This document shows, piece after piece, positions 27,901 through 43,600 of a stretch of DNA of 64,000 nucleotides. Where the stretch lies: contig NIVC01001747.1 in the NCBI GenBank assembly GCA_002269645.1, forward strand, positions 124,001-188,000. The letters run 5' to 3'. The number at the start of each line of letters is the position of its first letter. The stretch's first letter is position 1. Origin of the DNA: Macrostomum lignano. Its lineage: Eukaryota. Under the pieces are notes generated by a model, which saw nothing but the letters and a program-made list of their open reading frames with translations, did not search any database and was not told where the DNA came from. Both the position numbers and the translations under genes were made by a program.

Positions 27901-30470
27901 GACAGGGAGAGAGGGAGACAGGGAGAGAGGGAGACAGGGAGACAGGGAGACAGGCAGACAGGGAGACAGGGAGACAGGCAGACAGGGAGACATGGAGACA
28001 GGGAGAGAGAGAGAGACAGGCAGACAGGGAGACAGGGAAATAGGGAGACAGGCAGACAGGCAGACAGGCAGACAGGCAGACAGAGAGACAGCCAGACAGG
28101 GAGACAGGGAGACAGGGAGACACGGAGACAGGGAGACAGGCAGACAGGGAGACAGGCAGACAGGGAGACACGGAGACAGGGAGACAGGCAGACAGGGAGA
28201 CACGGAGACAGGGAGACAGGCAGACAGGGAGACAGGGAGACAGGGAGTCACGGAGACAGGGAGCCAGGCAGACAGGGAGACAGGCAGACAGGGAGTCACG
28301 GAGACAGGGAGACAGGCAGACAGGGAGACAGGCAGACAGGGAGACACGGAGACAGGGAGACAGGCAGACAGGGAGACACGGAGACAGGGAGACAGGGAGA
28401 CAGGGAGACAGGGAGACACGGAGACAGGGAGACAGGGAGACAGGGAGACAGGCAGACAGGGAGACAAGGAGACAGGGAGACAGGCAGACAGGCAGACAGG
28501 GAGACAGGCAGACAGGGAGACAGGCAGACAGGGAGACAGGCAGACAGGGAGACACGGAGACAAGGAGACAGGCAGACACGGAGACAGGGAGACAGGGAGA
28601 CAGGGAGACAGGGAGACAGGGAGACACGGAGACAGGGAGACAGGGAGACAGGGAGACAGGGAGACAGGGAGACAGGGAGACAGGCAGACAGGGAGACAGG
28701 CAGACAGGCAGACAGGGAGACAGGGAGACAGGCAGACAGGGAGACATGGAGACAGGGAGACAGGCAGACAGGGAGACAGGCAGACAGGGAGTCACGGAGA
28801 CAGGGAGACAGGCAGACAGGGAGACAGGCAGACAGGGAGACACGGAGACAGGGAGACAGGCAGACAGGGAGACACGGAGACAGGGAGACAGGGAGACAGG
28901 GAGACAGGGAGACACGGAGACAGGGAGACAGGGAGACAGGGAGACAGGCAGACAGGGAGACAAGGAGACAGGGAGACAGGCAGACAGGCAGACTGGGAGA
29001 CAGGCAGACAGGGAGACAGGCAGACAGGGAGACAGGCAGACAGGGAGACACGGAGACAAGGAGACAGGCAGACACGGAGACAGGGAGACAGGGAGACAGG
29101 GAGACAGGGAGACAGGGAGACACGGAAACAGGGAGACAGGGAGACAGGCAGACAGGGAGACAGGGAGACAGGGAGACAGGGAGACAGGCAGACAGGGAGA
29201 CAGGCAGACAGGCAGACAGGGAGACAGGGAGACAGGCAGACAGGGAGACATGGAGACAGGGAGACAGGCAGACAGGGAGTCAGGGAGACAAGGAGACAGG
29301 GAGACAGGGAGACAGGGAGACAGGCAGACAGGCAGACAGAGAGACAGCCAGACAGGGAGACAGGGAGACAGGGAGACAGGCAGACAGGCAGACAGGCAGA
29401 CAGGGAGACAGCCAGACAGGGAGACAGGGAGACAGCCAGACAGGGAGACAGGGAGACAGGAAGACAGGGAGACAGGCAGACAGGGAGACAGGGAGACAGG
29501 CAGACAGGGAGACAGGCAGACAGGGAGACACGGAGACAGGGAGAGAGAGAGAGACAGGCAGACAGGGAGACAGGGAAATAGGGAGACAGGACGACAGGCA
29601 GACAGGGAGACAGGCAGACAGGGAGACAGGGAGACAGGGAGACACGGAGACAGGGAGACAGCCAGACAGGGAGACAGGGAGACAGGGAGACACGGAGACA
29701 GGGAGACAGGCAGACAGGGAGACAGGCAGACAGGGAGACACGGAGACAGGGAGACAGGCAGACAGGGAGACACGGAGACAGGGAGACAGGCAGACAGGGA
29801 GACAGGCAGACAGGGAGACACGGAGACAGGGAGACACGGAGACAGGGAGACAGGCAGACAGGGAGACAGCCAGACAGGGAGACACGGAGACAGGGAGACA
29901 GGCAGACAGGGAGACAGGCAGACAGGGAGACACGGAGACAGGGAGACAGGCAGACAGGGAGACACGGAGACAAGGAGACAGGCAGACATGGAGACAGGGA
30001 GACAGGGAGACAGGGAGACACGGAGACAAGGAGACAGGCAGACAGGGAGACAAGGAGACAGAGAGACAGGCAGACAGGGAGACAGGGAGACAGGGAGAGA
30101 AGGGAGACAGGCAGACAGGGAGACAGGCAGACAGGGAGACACGGAGACAAGGAGACAGGCAGACACGGAGACAGGGAGACAGGGAGACAGGGAGACAGGC
30201 AGACAGGGAGACACGGAGACAGGGAGACAGGTAGACAGGGAGACACGGAGACAGGCAGACAGGGAGACACGGAGACAGGGAGACAGGCAGACAGGGAGAC
30301 AGGGAGACACGGAGACAGGCAGACAGGCAGACAGGGAGACACGGAGGCAGGGAGACAGGCAGACAGGGAGACACGGAGACAAGGAGACAGGCAGACAGGG
30401 AGACATGGAGACAGAGAGACAGGGAGACAGGGAGACAGGGAGACAGGGAGACAGGGAGAGAAGGGAGATT
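24960..30470 (+). repeat. GAGACAGG/GCAGACAG satellite, about 5.5 kb, with ~0.55-kb higher-order blocks
   Basis: Marker gggaaatagg at 25521, 26075, 26333, 26887, 27465, 28035 and 29573. Confidence 0.95.
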
Positions 30471-31689
30471 TGTAACCTTAAATCCTAGGTAAGCCCCAAT
30501 AAGGTTACCGGTAACATTAAGCTAGGACACTGCTAACATGATAATTCTACAATCAGAAACGCGAACTCAACAACAGGCGCACCCCAGCAGTTGCCTTAAA
30601 AGGAGCTGCTAACGAGAATTATGAAGACTCTTGTCAGAGCTTTGCGCGAAACACTGAGAGGGCCGGTGGGGCGGTGTGACTGAGAGCAAAGAGCCAAGCA
30701 GATTATAACAAAGATACAGGGCAGACTGTTGTCGCCAGCCGCTCCCAGCCAAGAAAACTTGCTTAGCCTTACAGCATGAAGCCTCAAAGGACTGTAACTG
30801 ACTAACTGACTTGATCAGCTTTCAACAGCTTTTTTGATACAGTTTCTGTGAAAAAGCAGACTCTGTACATAAAAGTACATATTAGGGCCACCTGCCATGT
30901 TGCCAAATTTCATTAGTAAAATTGTTATCTGATACTAATTTATATCATTAGTGAAAACAAATATTAAAGTAAAATCTCTTTTAGTAAAATTAAACAAAAC
31001 TAAAGTGAATCGATAGAATCGTTCGAAAGGTCGCGAGCTCGAGTCCCGATTGAGACTAATAATCTTTTCCGAGTTACAAAGACACCCCAAAAAGGTGGCA
31101 GAAACTGTCAAGTTTTATTCCCAGTAACACACTTTTAGTATTGTTTGAAATTTACCTCATCACTTACTTGAAATTTAGTAGAATTTTTACCGTACGATAT
31201 GTATCGAAAAGACGCTTCCGTAATGGGAAAAAAGTATGCGTAGACATTATATCTAGCTAGTGAATAACCAAGGAGCGTCCTAATTGTGACCGCAGTTACA
31301 TCTAAATGCTTTCACGGCTCTTCTTAATGTACTCATCGATTTTTTTATTCAAAATCCCAAAGGAATTCCAAATTTTTTTGGCTGGAACTTCTTCTGTCCT
31401 GGTGCCTCGATAATTAGGGCGCACGCACTCGGGCCGGGTCTGCAGGAGTTTCCTCAGCGCCCCGAATCCGCTCAACCGCAACGGCTTTTTTCAAGGTTCT
31501 CCGAAGCCTCTCCAGCGATTTTAAGTCCATCAGTGGGACAGAGAAATCTCCCATCTTTTTTTAATATCCACTACCGCCTCCATTATATTCCATGAGCGGT
31601 GCTTCTTCTAGGTAGGAGAAATTTCTATTTCATATAATTTACCCGCTCGAGTGAATAGAAGTACAGAATAGAAAGTCAAATCAGATTAC

Positions 31690-34600
31690 CCAAGATAGAT
31701 ATACTCAAGATAGAATTATCCAAGATAGAATCACCCAAGATAGAATCATCTAAGATAGCATCACCCATAATAGAATCACCCAAGATAGAATCACCCAAGA
31801 TAGAATCATCTAAGATAGCATCACCCAAAATATAATCATCTAAGACAGAATCACCACAGATAGAATCACCAGAGATAGAATCACCAGAGATAGAATCACC
31901 CAAGATAGAATCACCCATAATAGAATCACCCAAGATAGAATCACCCAAGATAGCATCACCCATAATAGAATCACCCAAGATAGAATCACCCAAGATAGAA
32001 TCATCTAAGATAGCATCACCCAAAATATAATCATCTAAGACAGAATCACCACAGATAGAATCACCACAGATAGAATCACCAGAGATAGAATCACCCAAGA
32101 TAGAATCACCCATAATAGAATCACCCAAGATAGAATCACCCAAGATAGCATCACCCAAGATAGAATCATCTAAGATAGCATCACCCAAAATATAATCATC
32201 TAAGACAGAATCACCACAGATAGAATCACCACAGATAGAATCACCAGAGATAGAATCACCCAAGATAGAATCACCCATAATAGAATCACCCAAGATAGAA
32301 TCACCCAAGATAGCATCACCCATAATAGAATCACCCAAGATAGAATCACCCAAGATAGAATCACCCAAGATAGAATCACCCATAATAGAATCACCCAAGA
32401 TAGAATCACCCATAATAGAATCACCCAAGATAGAATCACCCAAGATAGGATCACCCAAAATAGGATCACCCAAGATAGAATCGCCCAAGATAGAATCACC
32501 CAAAATAGAATCACCCAAGATAGAATCACCCAAGATAGAATCATCTAAGATAGCATCACCCATAATAGAATCACCCAAGATAGAATCATCCAAGATAGGA
32601 TCACCCAAGATAGAATCACCCAAGATAGAATCACCCAAGATAGAATCACCCATAATAGAATCACCCAAGATAGGATCACCCAAGATAGAATCATCTAAGA
32701 TAGCATCACCCAAAATATAATCATCTAAGACAGAATCACGACAGATAGAATCACCACAGATGAATCACCAGAGATAGAATCACCCAAGATAGAATCACCC
32801 ATAATAGAATCACCCAAGATAGGATCACCCAAGATAGAATCATCTAAGATAGCATCACCTAAAATATAATCATCTAAGACAGAATCACCACAGATAGAAT
32901 CACCACAGATAGAATCACCAGAGATAGAATCACTCAAAATAGCATCACCCATAATAGAATCACCCAAGATAGAATCACCCAAGATAGAATCACCCAAGAT
33001 AGCATCACCCAAGATAGAATCACCCAAGATAGAATCACCCAAGATAGAATCACCCAAGATAGAATCATCTAAGATAGCATCACCCAAGATGGAATCATCT
33101 AAGATAGCATCACCCAAAATATAATCATCTAAGACAGAATCACCACAGATAGAATCACCACAGATAGAATCACCACAGATAGAATCACCCATAATAGAAT
33201 CACCCAAGATAGAATCACCCAAGATAGAATCACCCAAGATAGAATCACCCAAGATAGAATCACCCAAGATAGAATCACCCAAGATAGAATCACCCAAGAT
33301 AGAATCATCTAAGATAGCATCACCCAAGATAGAATCATCTAAGATAGAATCACCCAAAATATAATCATCTAAGACAGAATCACCACAGATAGAATCACCA
33401 CAGATAGAATCACCACAGATAGAATCACCCAAGATAGAATCACCCACAATAGAATTACCCAAGATAGAATCACCCAAGATAGAATCACCCAAGATAGAAT
33501 CACCCATAATAGAAACACCCAAGATAGAATCATCTAAGATAGCATCACCCAAAATATAATCATCTAAGACAGAATCACCACAGATAGAATCACCACAGAT
33601 AGAATTACCACAGATAGAATCACCCAAAATAGAATCACCCAAGATAGAATCACTCAAGATAGAATCACCCATAATAGAACAACCCAAGATAGAATCACCC
33701 AAGATAGGATCACCCAAGATAGGATCACCCAAGATAGAATCACCCAAGATAGAATCACCCAAGATAGAATCACCCAAGATAGAATCACCCAAGATAGCAT
33801 CACCCAAGATAGTATCACCCAAGATAGAATCACCCAAGATAGAATCACCCAAGATAGAATCATCTAAGATAGCATCACCCAAGATGGAATCATCTAAGAT
33901 AGCATCACCCAAAAAATAATCATCTAAGACAGAATCACCACAGATAGAATCACCACAGATAGAATCACCAGAGATAGAATCACCCAAGATAGCATCACCC
34001 ATAATAGAATCACCCAAGATAGAATCACCCAAGATAGAATCACCCAAGATAGAATCACCCAAGATAGAATCACCCAAGATAGAATCATCTAAGATAGCAT
34101 CACCCAAGATAGAATCATCTAAGATAGCATCACCTAAAATATAATCATCTAATTCAGAATCACCACAGATAGAATCACCACAGATAGAATCACCACAGAT
34201 AGAATCACCCAAGATAGAATCACCCATAATAGAATCACCCAAGATAGAATCACCCAAGATAGAATCACCCAAGATAGAATTACCCATAATAGAATCACCC
34301 AAGATAGAATCACCCAAGATAGAATCACCCAAGATAGAATCACCCAAGATAGAATCACCCAAGATAGAATCATCTAAGATAGCATCACCCAAAATATAAT
34401 CATCTAAGACAGAATCACCACAGATAGAATCACCAGAGATAGAATCACCAGAGATAGAATCACCCAAGATAGAATCACCCATAATAGAATCACCCAAGAT
34501 AGAATCACCCAAGATAGCATCACCCATAATGAAATCACCCAAGATAGAATCACCCAAGATAGAATCATCTAAGATAGCATCACCCAAAATATAATCATCT

Positions 34601-37600
34601 AAGATAGAATCACCACAGATAGAATCACCACAGATAGAATCACCAGAGATAGAATCACCCAAGATAGAATCACCCATAATAGAATCACCCAAGATAGAAT
34701 CACCCAAGATAGCATCACCCATAATAGAATCACCCAAGATAGCATCACCCAAGATAGAATCATCTAAGATAGCATCACCCAAAATATAATCATCTAAGAC
34801 AGAATCACCACAGATAGATTCACCACAGATAGAATCACCAGAGATAGAATCACCCAAGATAGAATCACCCATAATAGAATCACCCAAGATAGAATCACCC
34901 AAGATAGCATCACCCATAATAGAATCACCCAAGATAGAATCACCCAAGATAGAATCACCCAAGATAGAATCACCCATAATAGAATCACCCAAGATAGAAT
35001 CACCCATAATAGAATCACCCAAGATAGGATCACCCAAGATAGGATCACCCAAGATAGAATCGCCCAAGATAGAATCACCCAAAATAGAATCACCCAAGAT
35101 AGAATCACCCAAGATAGAATCATCTAAGATAGCATCACCCATAATAGAATCACCCAAGATAGAATCATCCAAGATAGGATCACCCAAGATAGAATCACCC
35201 AAGATAGAATCACCCAAGATAGAATCACCCATAACAGAATCACCCAAGATAGGATCACCCAAGATAGAATCATCTAAGATAGCATCACCCAAAATATAAT
35301 CATCTAAGACAGAATCACCACAGATAGAATCACCACAGATGAATAACCAGAGATAGAATCACCCAAGATAGAATCACCCATAATAGAATCACCCAAGATA
35401 GGATCACCCAAGATAGAATCATCTAAGATAGCATCACCTAAAATATAATCATCTAATTCAGAATCACCACAGATAGAATCACCACAGATAGAATCACCAG
35501 AGATAGAATCACTCAAAATAGCATCACCCATAATAGAATCACCCAAGATAGAATCACCCAAGATAGAATCACCCAAGATAGCATCACCCAAGATAGAATC
35601 ACCCAAGATAGAATCACCCAAGATAGAATCACCCAAGATAGAATCATCTAAGATAGCATCACCCAAGATGGAATCATCTAAGATAGCATCACCCAAAATA
35701 TAATCATCTAAGACAGAATCACCACAGATAGAATCACCACAGATAGAATCACCAGAGATAGAATCACCCAAGATAGCATCACCCATAATAGAATCACCCA
35801 AGATAGAATCACCCAAGATAGAATCACCCAAGATAGAATCACCCAAGATAGAATCACCCAAGATAGGATCACCCAAGATAGAATCACCCAAGATAGAATC
35901 ACCCAAGATAGAATCATCTAAGATAGCATCACCCAAGATAGAATCATCTAAGATAGAATCACCCAAAATATAATCATCTAAGACAGAATCACCACAGATA
36001 GAATCACCACAGATAGAATCACCCATAATAGAATTACCCAAGATAGAATCACCCAAGATAGAATCACCCAAGATAGAATCATCTAAGATAGCATCACCCA
36101 AGATGGAATCATCTAAGATAGCATCACCCAAAATATAATCATCTAAGACAGAATCACCACAGATAGAATCACCACAGATAGAATTACCACAGATAGAATC
36201 ACCCAAGATAGAATCACCCAAGATAGAATCACTCAAGATAGAATCACCCATAATAGAACAACCCAAGATAGAATCACCCAAAATAGATCACCCAAGATAG
36301 ATCACCCAAGATAGAATCACCCAAGATAGAATCACCCAAGATAGAATCACCCAAGATAGAATCACCCATAATAGAATCACCCAAGATAGGATCACCCAAG
36401 ATAGAATCATCTAAGATAGCATCACCCAAAATATAATCATCTAAGACAGAATCACCACAGATAGAATCACCACAGATAGAATCACCAGAGATAGAATCAC
36501 CCAAGATAGCATCACCCATAATAGAATCACCCAAGATAGAATCACCCAAGATAGAATCACCCAAGATAGAATCACCCAAGATAGAATCACCCAAGATAGA
36601 ATCATCTAAGATAGCATCACCCAAGATAGAATCATCTAAGATAGCATCACCCAAAATATAATCATCTAAGACAGAATCACCACAGATAGAATCACCCAAG
36701 ATAGAATCACCACAGATAGAATCACCCAAGATAGAATCACCCAAGATAGAATCACCCAAGATAGAATTACCCATAATAGAATCACCCAAGATAGAATCAC
36801 CCAAGATAGAATACCCATAATAGAATCACCCAAGATAGAATCACCCAAGATAGAATCACCCAAGATAGCATCACCCAAGATAGAATCACCCAAGATAGCA
36901 TCACCCAAGATAGAATCACCCAAGATAGAATCACCCAAGATAGAATCACCCAAGATAGAATCATCTAAGATAGCATCACCCAAGATGGAATCATCTAAGA
37001 TAGCATCACCCAAAATATAATCATCTAAGACAGAATCACCACAGATAGAATCACCACAGATAGAATCACCACAGATAGAATCACCCATAATAGAATCACC
37101 CAAGATAGAATCACCCAAGATAGAATCACCCAAGATAGAATCACCCAAGATAGAATCACCCAAGATAGAATCACCCAAGATAGAATCACCCAAGATAGAA
37201 TCATCTAAGATAGCATCACCCAAGATAGAATCATCTAAGATAGAATCACCCAAAATATAATCATCTAAGACAGAATCACCACAGATAGAATCACCACAGA
37301 TAGAATCACCACAGATAGAATCACCCAAGATAGAATCACCCATAATAGAATTACCCAAGATAGAATCACCCAAGATAGAATCACCCAAGATAGAATCACC
37401 CATAATAGAAACACCCAAGATAGAATCATCTAAGATAGCATCACCCAAAATATAATCATCTAAGACAGAATCACCACAGATAGAATCACCACAGATAGAA
37501 TTACCACAGATAGAATCACCCAAGATAGAATCACCCAAGATAGAATCACTCAAGATAGAATCACCCATAATAGAACAACCCAAGATAGAATCACCCAAGA

Positions 37601-40600
37601 TAGATCACCCAAGATAGATCACCCAAGATAGAATCACCCAAGATAGAATCACCCAAGATAGAATCACCCAAGATAGAATCACCCAAGATAGATCACCCAA
37701 GATAGTATCACCCAAGATAGAATCACCCAAGATAGAATCACCCAAGATAGAATCATCTAAGATAGCATCACCCAAGATGGAATCATCTAAGATAGCATCA
37801 CCCAAAATATAATCATCTAAGACAGAATCACCACAGATAGAATCACCACAGATAGAATCACCAGAGATAGAATCACCCAAGATAGCATCACCCATAATAG
37901 AATCACCCAAGATAGAATCACCCAAGATAGAATCACCCAAGATAGAATCACCCAAGATAGAATCATCTAAGATAGCATCACCCAAGATAGAATCATCTAA
38001 GATAGCATCACCCAAAATATAATCATCTAATTCAGAATCACCACAGATAGAATCACCACAGATAGAATCACCACAGATAGAATCACCCAAGATAGAATCA
38101 CCCATAATAGAATCACCCAAGATAGAATCACCCAAGATAGAATCACCCAAGATAGAATTACCCATAATAGAATCACCCAAGATAGAATCACCCAAGATAG
38201 AATCACCCAAGATAGAATCACCCAAGATAGAATCACCCAAGATAGAATCATCTAAGATAGCATCACCCAAAATATAATCATCTAAGACAGAATCACCACA
38301 GATAGAATCACCAGAGATAGAATCACCAGAGATAGAATCACCCAAGATAGAATCACCCATAATAGAATCACCCAAGATAGAATCACCCAAGATAGCATCA
38401 CCCATAATGAATCACCCAAGATAGAATCACCCAAGATAGAATCATCTAAGATAGCATCACCCAAAATATAATCATCTAAGATAGAATCACCACAGATAGA
38501 ATCACCACAGATAGAATCACCAGAGATAGAATCACCCAAGATAGAATCACCCATAATAGAATCACCCAAGATAGAATCACCCAAGATAGCATCACCCATA
38601 ATAGAATCACCCAAGATAGCATCACCCAAGATAGAATCATCTAAGATAGCATCACCCAAAATATAATCATCTAAGACAGAATCACCACAGATAGATTCAC
38701 CACAGATAGAATCACCAGAGATAGAATCACCCAAGATAGAATCACCCATAATAGAATCACCCAAGATAGAATCACCCAAGATAGCATCACCCATAATAGA
38801 ATCACCCAAGATAGAATCACCCAAGATAGAATCACCCAAGATAGAATCACCCATAATAGAATCACCCAAGATAGAATCACCCATAATAGAATCACCCAAG
38901 ATAGAATCACCCAAGATAGGATCACCCAAGATAGATCACCCAAGATAGAATCGCCCAAGATAGAATCACCCAAAATAGAATCACCCAAGATAGAATCACC
39001 CAAGATAGAATCATCTAAGATAGCATCACCCATAATAGAATCACCCAAGATAGAATCATCCAAGATAGGATCACCCAAGATAGAATCACCCAAGATAGAA
39101 TCACCCAAGATAGAATCACCCATAACAGAATCACCCAAGATAGGATCACCCAAGATAGAATCATCTAAGATAGCATCACCCAAAATATAATCATCTAAGA
39201 CAGAATCACCACAGATAGAATCACCACAGATGAATAACCAGAGATAGAATCACCCAAGATAGAATCACCCATAATAGAATCACCCAAGATAGGATCACCC
39301 AAGATAGAATCATCTAAGATAGCATCACCTAAAATATAATCATCTAATTCAGAATCACCACAGATAGAATCACCACAGATAGAATCACCAGAGATAGAAT
39401 CACTCAAATAGCATCACCCATAATAGAATCACCCAAGATAGAATCACCCAAGATAGAATCACCCAAGATAGCATCACCCAAGATAGAATCACCCAAGATA
39501 GAATCACCCAAGATAGAATCACCCAAGATAGAATCATCTAAGATAGCATCACCCAAGATGGAATCATCTAAGATAGCATCACCCAAAATATAATCATCTA
39601 AGACAGAATCACCACAGATAGAATCACCACAGATAGAATCACCAGAGATAGAATCACCCAAGATAGCATCACCCATAATAGAATCACCCAAGATAGAATC
39701 ACCCAAGATAGAATCACCCAAGATAGAATCACCCAAGATAGAATCACCCAAGATAGGATCACCCAAGATAGAATCACCCAAGATAGAATCACCCAAGATA
39801 GAATCATCTAAGATAGCATCACCCAAGATAGAATCATCTAAGATAGAATCACCCAAAATATAATCATCTAAGACAGAATCACCACAGATAGAATCACCAC
39901 AGATAGAATCACCCATAATAGAATTACCCAAGATAGAATCACCCAAGATAGAATCACCCAAGATAGAATCATCTAAGATAGCATCACCCAAGATGGAATC
40001 ATCTAAGATAGCATCACCCAAAATATAATCATCTAAGACAGAATCACCACAGATAGAATCACCACAGATAGAATTACCACAGATAGAATCACCCAAGATA
40101 GAATCACCCAAGATAGAATCACTCAAGATAGAATCACCCATAATAGAACAACCCAAGATAGAATCACCCAAATAGGATCACCCAAGATAGGATCACCCAA
40201 GATAGAATCACCCAAGATAGAATCACCCAAGATAGAATCACCCAAGATAGAATCACCCATAATAGAATCACCCAAGATAGATCACCCAAGATAGAATCAT
40301 CTAAGATAGCATCACCCAAAATATAATCATCTAAGACAGAATCACCACAGATAGAATCACCACAGATAGAATCACCAGAGATAGAATCACCCAAGATAGC
40401 ATCACCCATAATAGAATCACCCAAGATAGAATCACCCAAGATAGAATCACCCAAGATAGAATCACCCAAGATAGAATCACCCAAGATAGAATCATCTAAG
40501 ATAGCATCACCCAAGATAGAATCATCTAAGATAGCATCACCCAAAATATAATCATCTAAGACAGAATCACCACAGATAGAATCACCCAAGATAGAATCAC

Positions 40601-43600
40601 CACAGATAGAATCACCCAAGATAGAATCACCCAAGATAGAATCACCCAAGATAGAATTACCCATAATAGAATCACCCAAGATAGAATCACCCAAGATAGA
40701 ATTACCCATAATAGAATCACCCAAGATAGAATCACCCAAGATAGAATCACCCAAGATAGCATCACCCAAGATAGAATCACCCAAGATAGCATCACCCAAG
40801 ATAGAATCACCCAAGATAGAATCACCCAAGATAGAATCACCCAAGATAGAATCATCTAAGATAGCATCACCCAAGATGGAATCATCTAAGATAGCATCAC
40901 CCAAAATATAATCATCTAAGACAGAATCACCACAGATAGAATCACCACAGATAGAATTACCACAGATAGAATCACCAGAGATAGAATCACCCAAGATAGC
41001 ATCACCCATAATAGAATCACCCAAGATAGAATCACCCAAGATAGAATCACCCAAGATAGAATCACCCAAGATAGAATCATCTAAGATAGCATCACCCAAG
41101 ATAGAATCATCTAAGATAGCATCACCCAAAATATAATCATCTAATTCAGAATCACCACAGATAGAATCACCACAGATAGAATCACCACAGATAGAATCAC
41201 CCAAGATAGAATCACCCATAATAGAATCACCCAAGATAGAATCACCCAAGATAGAATCACCCAAGATAGAATTACCCATAATAGAATCACCCAAGATAGA
41301 ATCACCCAAGATAGAATCACCCAAGATAGAATTACCCATAATAGAATCACCACAGATAGAATCACCACAGATAGAATCACCCATAATAGAATCACCCAAG
41401 ATAGAATCACCCAAGATAGAATCACCCAAGATAGAATCACCCAAGATAGAATCACCCAAGATAGAATCACCCAAGATAGAATCACCCAAGATAGAATCAT
41501 CTAAGATAGCATCACCCAAGATAGAATCATCTAAGATAGAATCACCCAAAATATAATCATCTAAGACAGAATCACCACAGATAGAATCACCACAGATAGA
41601 ATCACCACAGATAGAATCACCCAAGATAGAATCACCCATAATAGATAGAATCACCCAAGATAGAATCACCCAAGATAGAATCACCCATAATAGAAACACC
41701 CAAGATAGAATCACCCAAATATAATCATCTAAGACAGAATCACCACAGATAGAATCACCACAGATAGAATCACCACAGATAGAATCACCCAAGATAGAAT
41801 CACCCAAGATAGAATCACTCAAGATAGAATCACCCATAATAGAACAACCCAAGATAGAATCACCCAAGATAGGATCACCCAAGATAGGATCACCCAAGAT
41901 AGAATCACCCAAGATAGAATCACCCAAGATAGAATCACCCAAGATAGAATCACCCAAGATAGCATCACCCAAGATAGTATCACCCAAGATAGAATCACCC
42001 AAGATAGAATCACCCAAGATAGAATCATCTAAGATAGCATCACCCAAGATGGAATCATCTAAGATAGCATCACCCAAAATATAATCATCTAAGACAGAAT
42101 CACCACAGATAGAATCACCACAGATAGAATCACCAGAGATAGAATCACCCAAGATAGCATCACCCATAATAGAATCACCCAAGATAGAATCACCCAAGAT
42201 AGAATCACCCAAGATAGAATCACCCAAGATAGAATCATCTAAGATAGCATCACCCAAGATAGAATCATCTAAGATAGCATCACCCAAAATATAATCATCT
42301 AATTCAGAATCACCACAGATAGAATCACCACAGATAGAATCACCACAGATAGAATCACCCAAGATAGAATCACCCATAATAGAATCACCCAAGATAGAAT
42401 CACCCAAGATAGAATCACCCAAGATAGAATTACCCATAATAGAATCACCCAAGATAGAATCACCCAAGATAGAATCACCCAAGATAGAATCACCCAAGAT
42501 AGAATCACCCAAGATAGAATCATCTAAGATAGCATCACCCAAAATATAATCATCTAAGACAGAATCACCACAGATAGAATCACCAGAGATAGAATCACCA
42601 GAGATAGAATCACCCAAGATAGAATCACCCATAATAGAATCACCCAAGATAGAATCACCCAAGATAGCATCACCCATAATGAAATCACCCAAGATAGAAT
42701 CACCCAAGATAGAATCATCTAAGATAGCATCACCCAAAATATAATCATCTAAGATAGAATCACCACAGATAGAATCACCACAGATAGAATCACCAGAGAT
42801 AGAATCACCCAAGATAGAATCACCCATAATAGAATCACCCAAGATAGAATCACCCAAGATAGCATCACCCATAATAGAATCACCCAAGATAGCATCACCC
42901 AAGATAGAATCATCTAAGATAGCATCACCCAAAATATAATCATCTAAGACAGAATCACCACAGATAGATTCACCACAGATAGAATCACCAGAGATAGAAT
43001 CACCCAAGATAGAATCACCCATAATAGAATCACCCAAGATAGAATCACCCAAGATAGCATCACCCATAATAGAATCACCCAAGATAGAATCACCCAAGAT
43101 AGAATTACCCAAGATAGAATCACCCATAATAGAATCACCCAAGATAGAATCACCCATAATAGAATCACCCAAGATAGAATCACCCAAGATAGGATCACCC
43201 AAGATAGGATCACCCAAGATAGAATCGCCCAAGATAGAATCACCCAAAATAGAATCACCCAAGATAGAATCACCCAAGATAGAATCATCTAAGATAGCAT
43301 CACCCATAATAGAATCACCCAAGATAGAATCATCCAAGATAGGATCACCCAAGATAGAATCACCCAAGATAGAATCACCCAAGATAGAATCACCCATAAC
43401 AGAATCACCCAAGATAGGATCACCCAAGATAGAATCATCTAAGATAGCATCACCCAAAATATAATCATCTAAGACAGAATCACCACAGATAGAATCACCA
43501 CAGATGAATAACCAGAGATAGAATCACCCAAGATAGAATCACCCATAATAGAATCACCCAAGATAGGATCACCCAAGATAGAATCATCTAAGATAGCATC

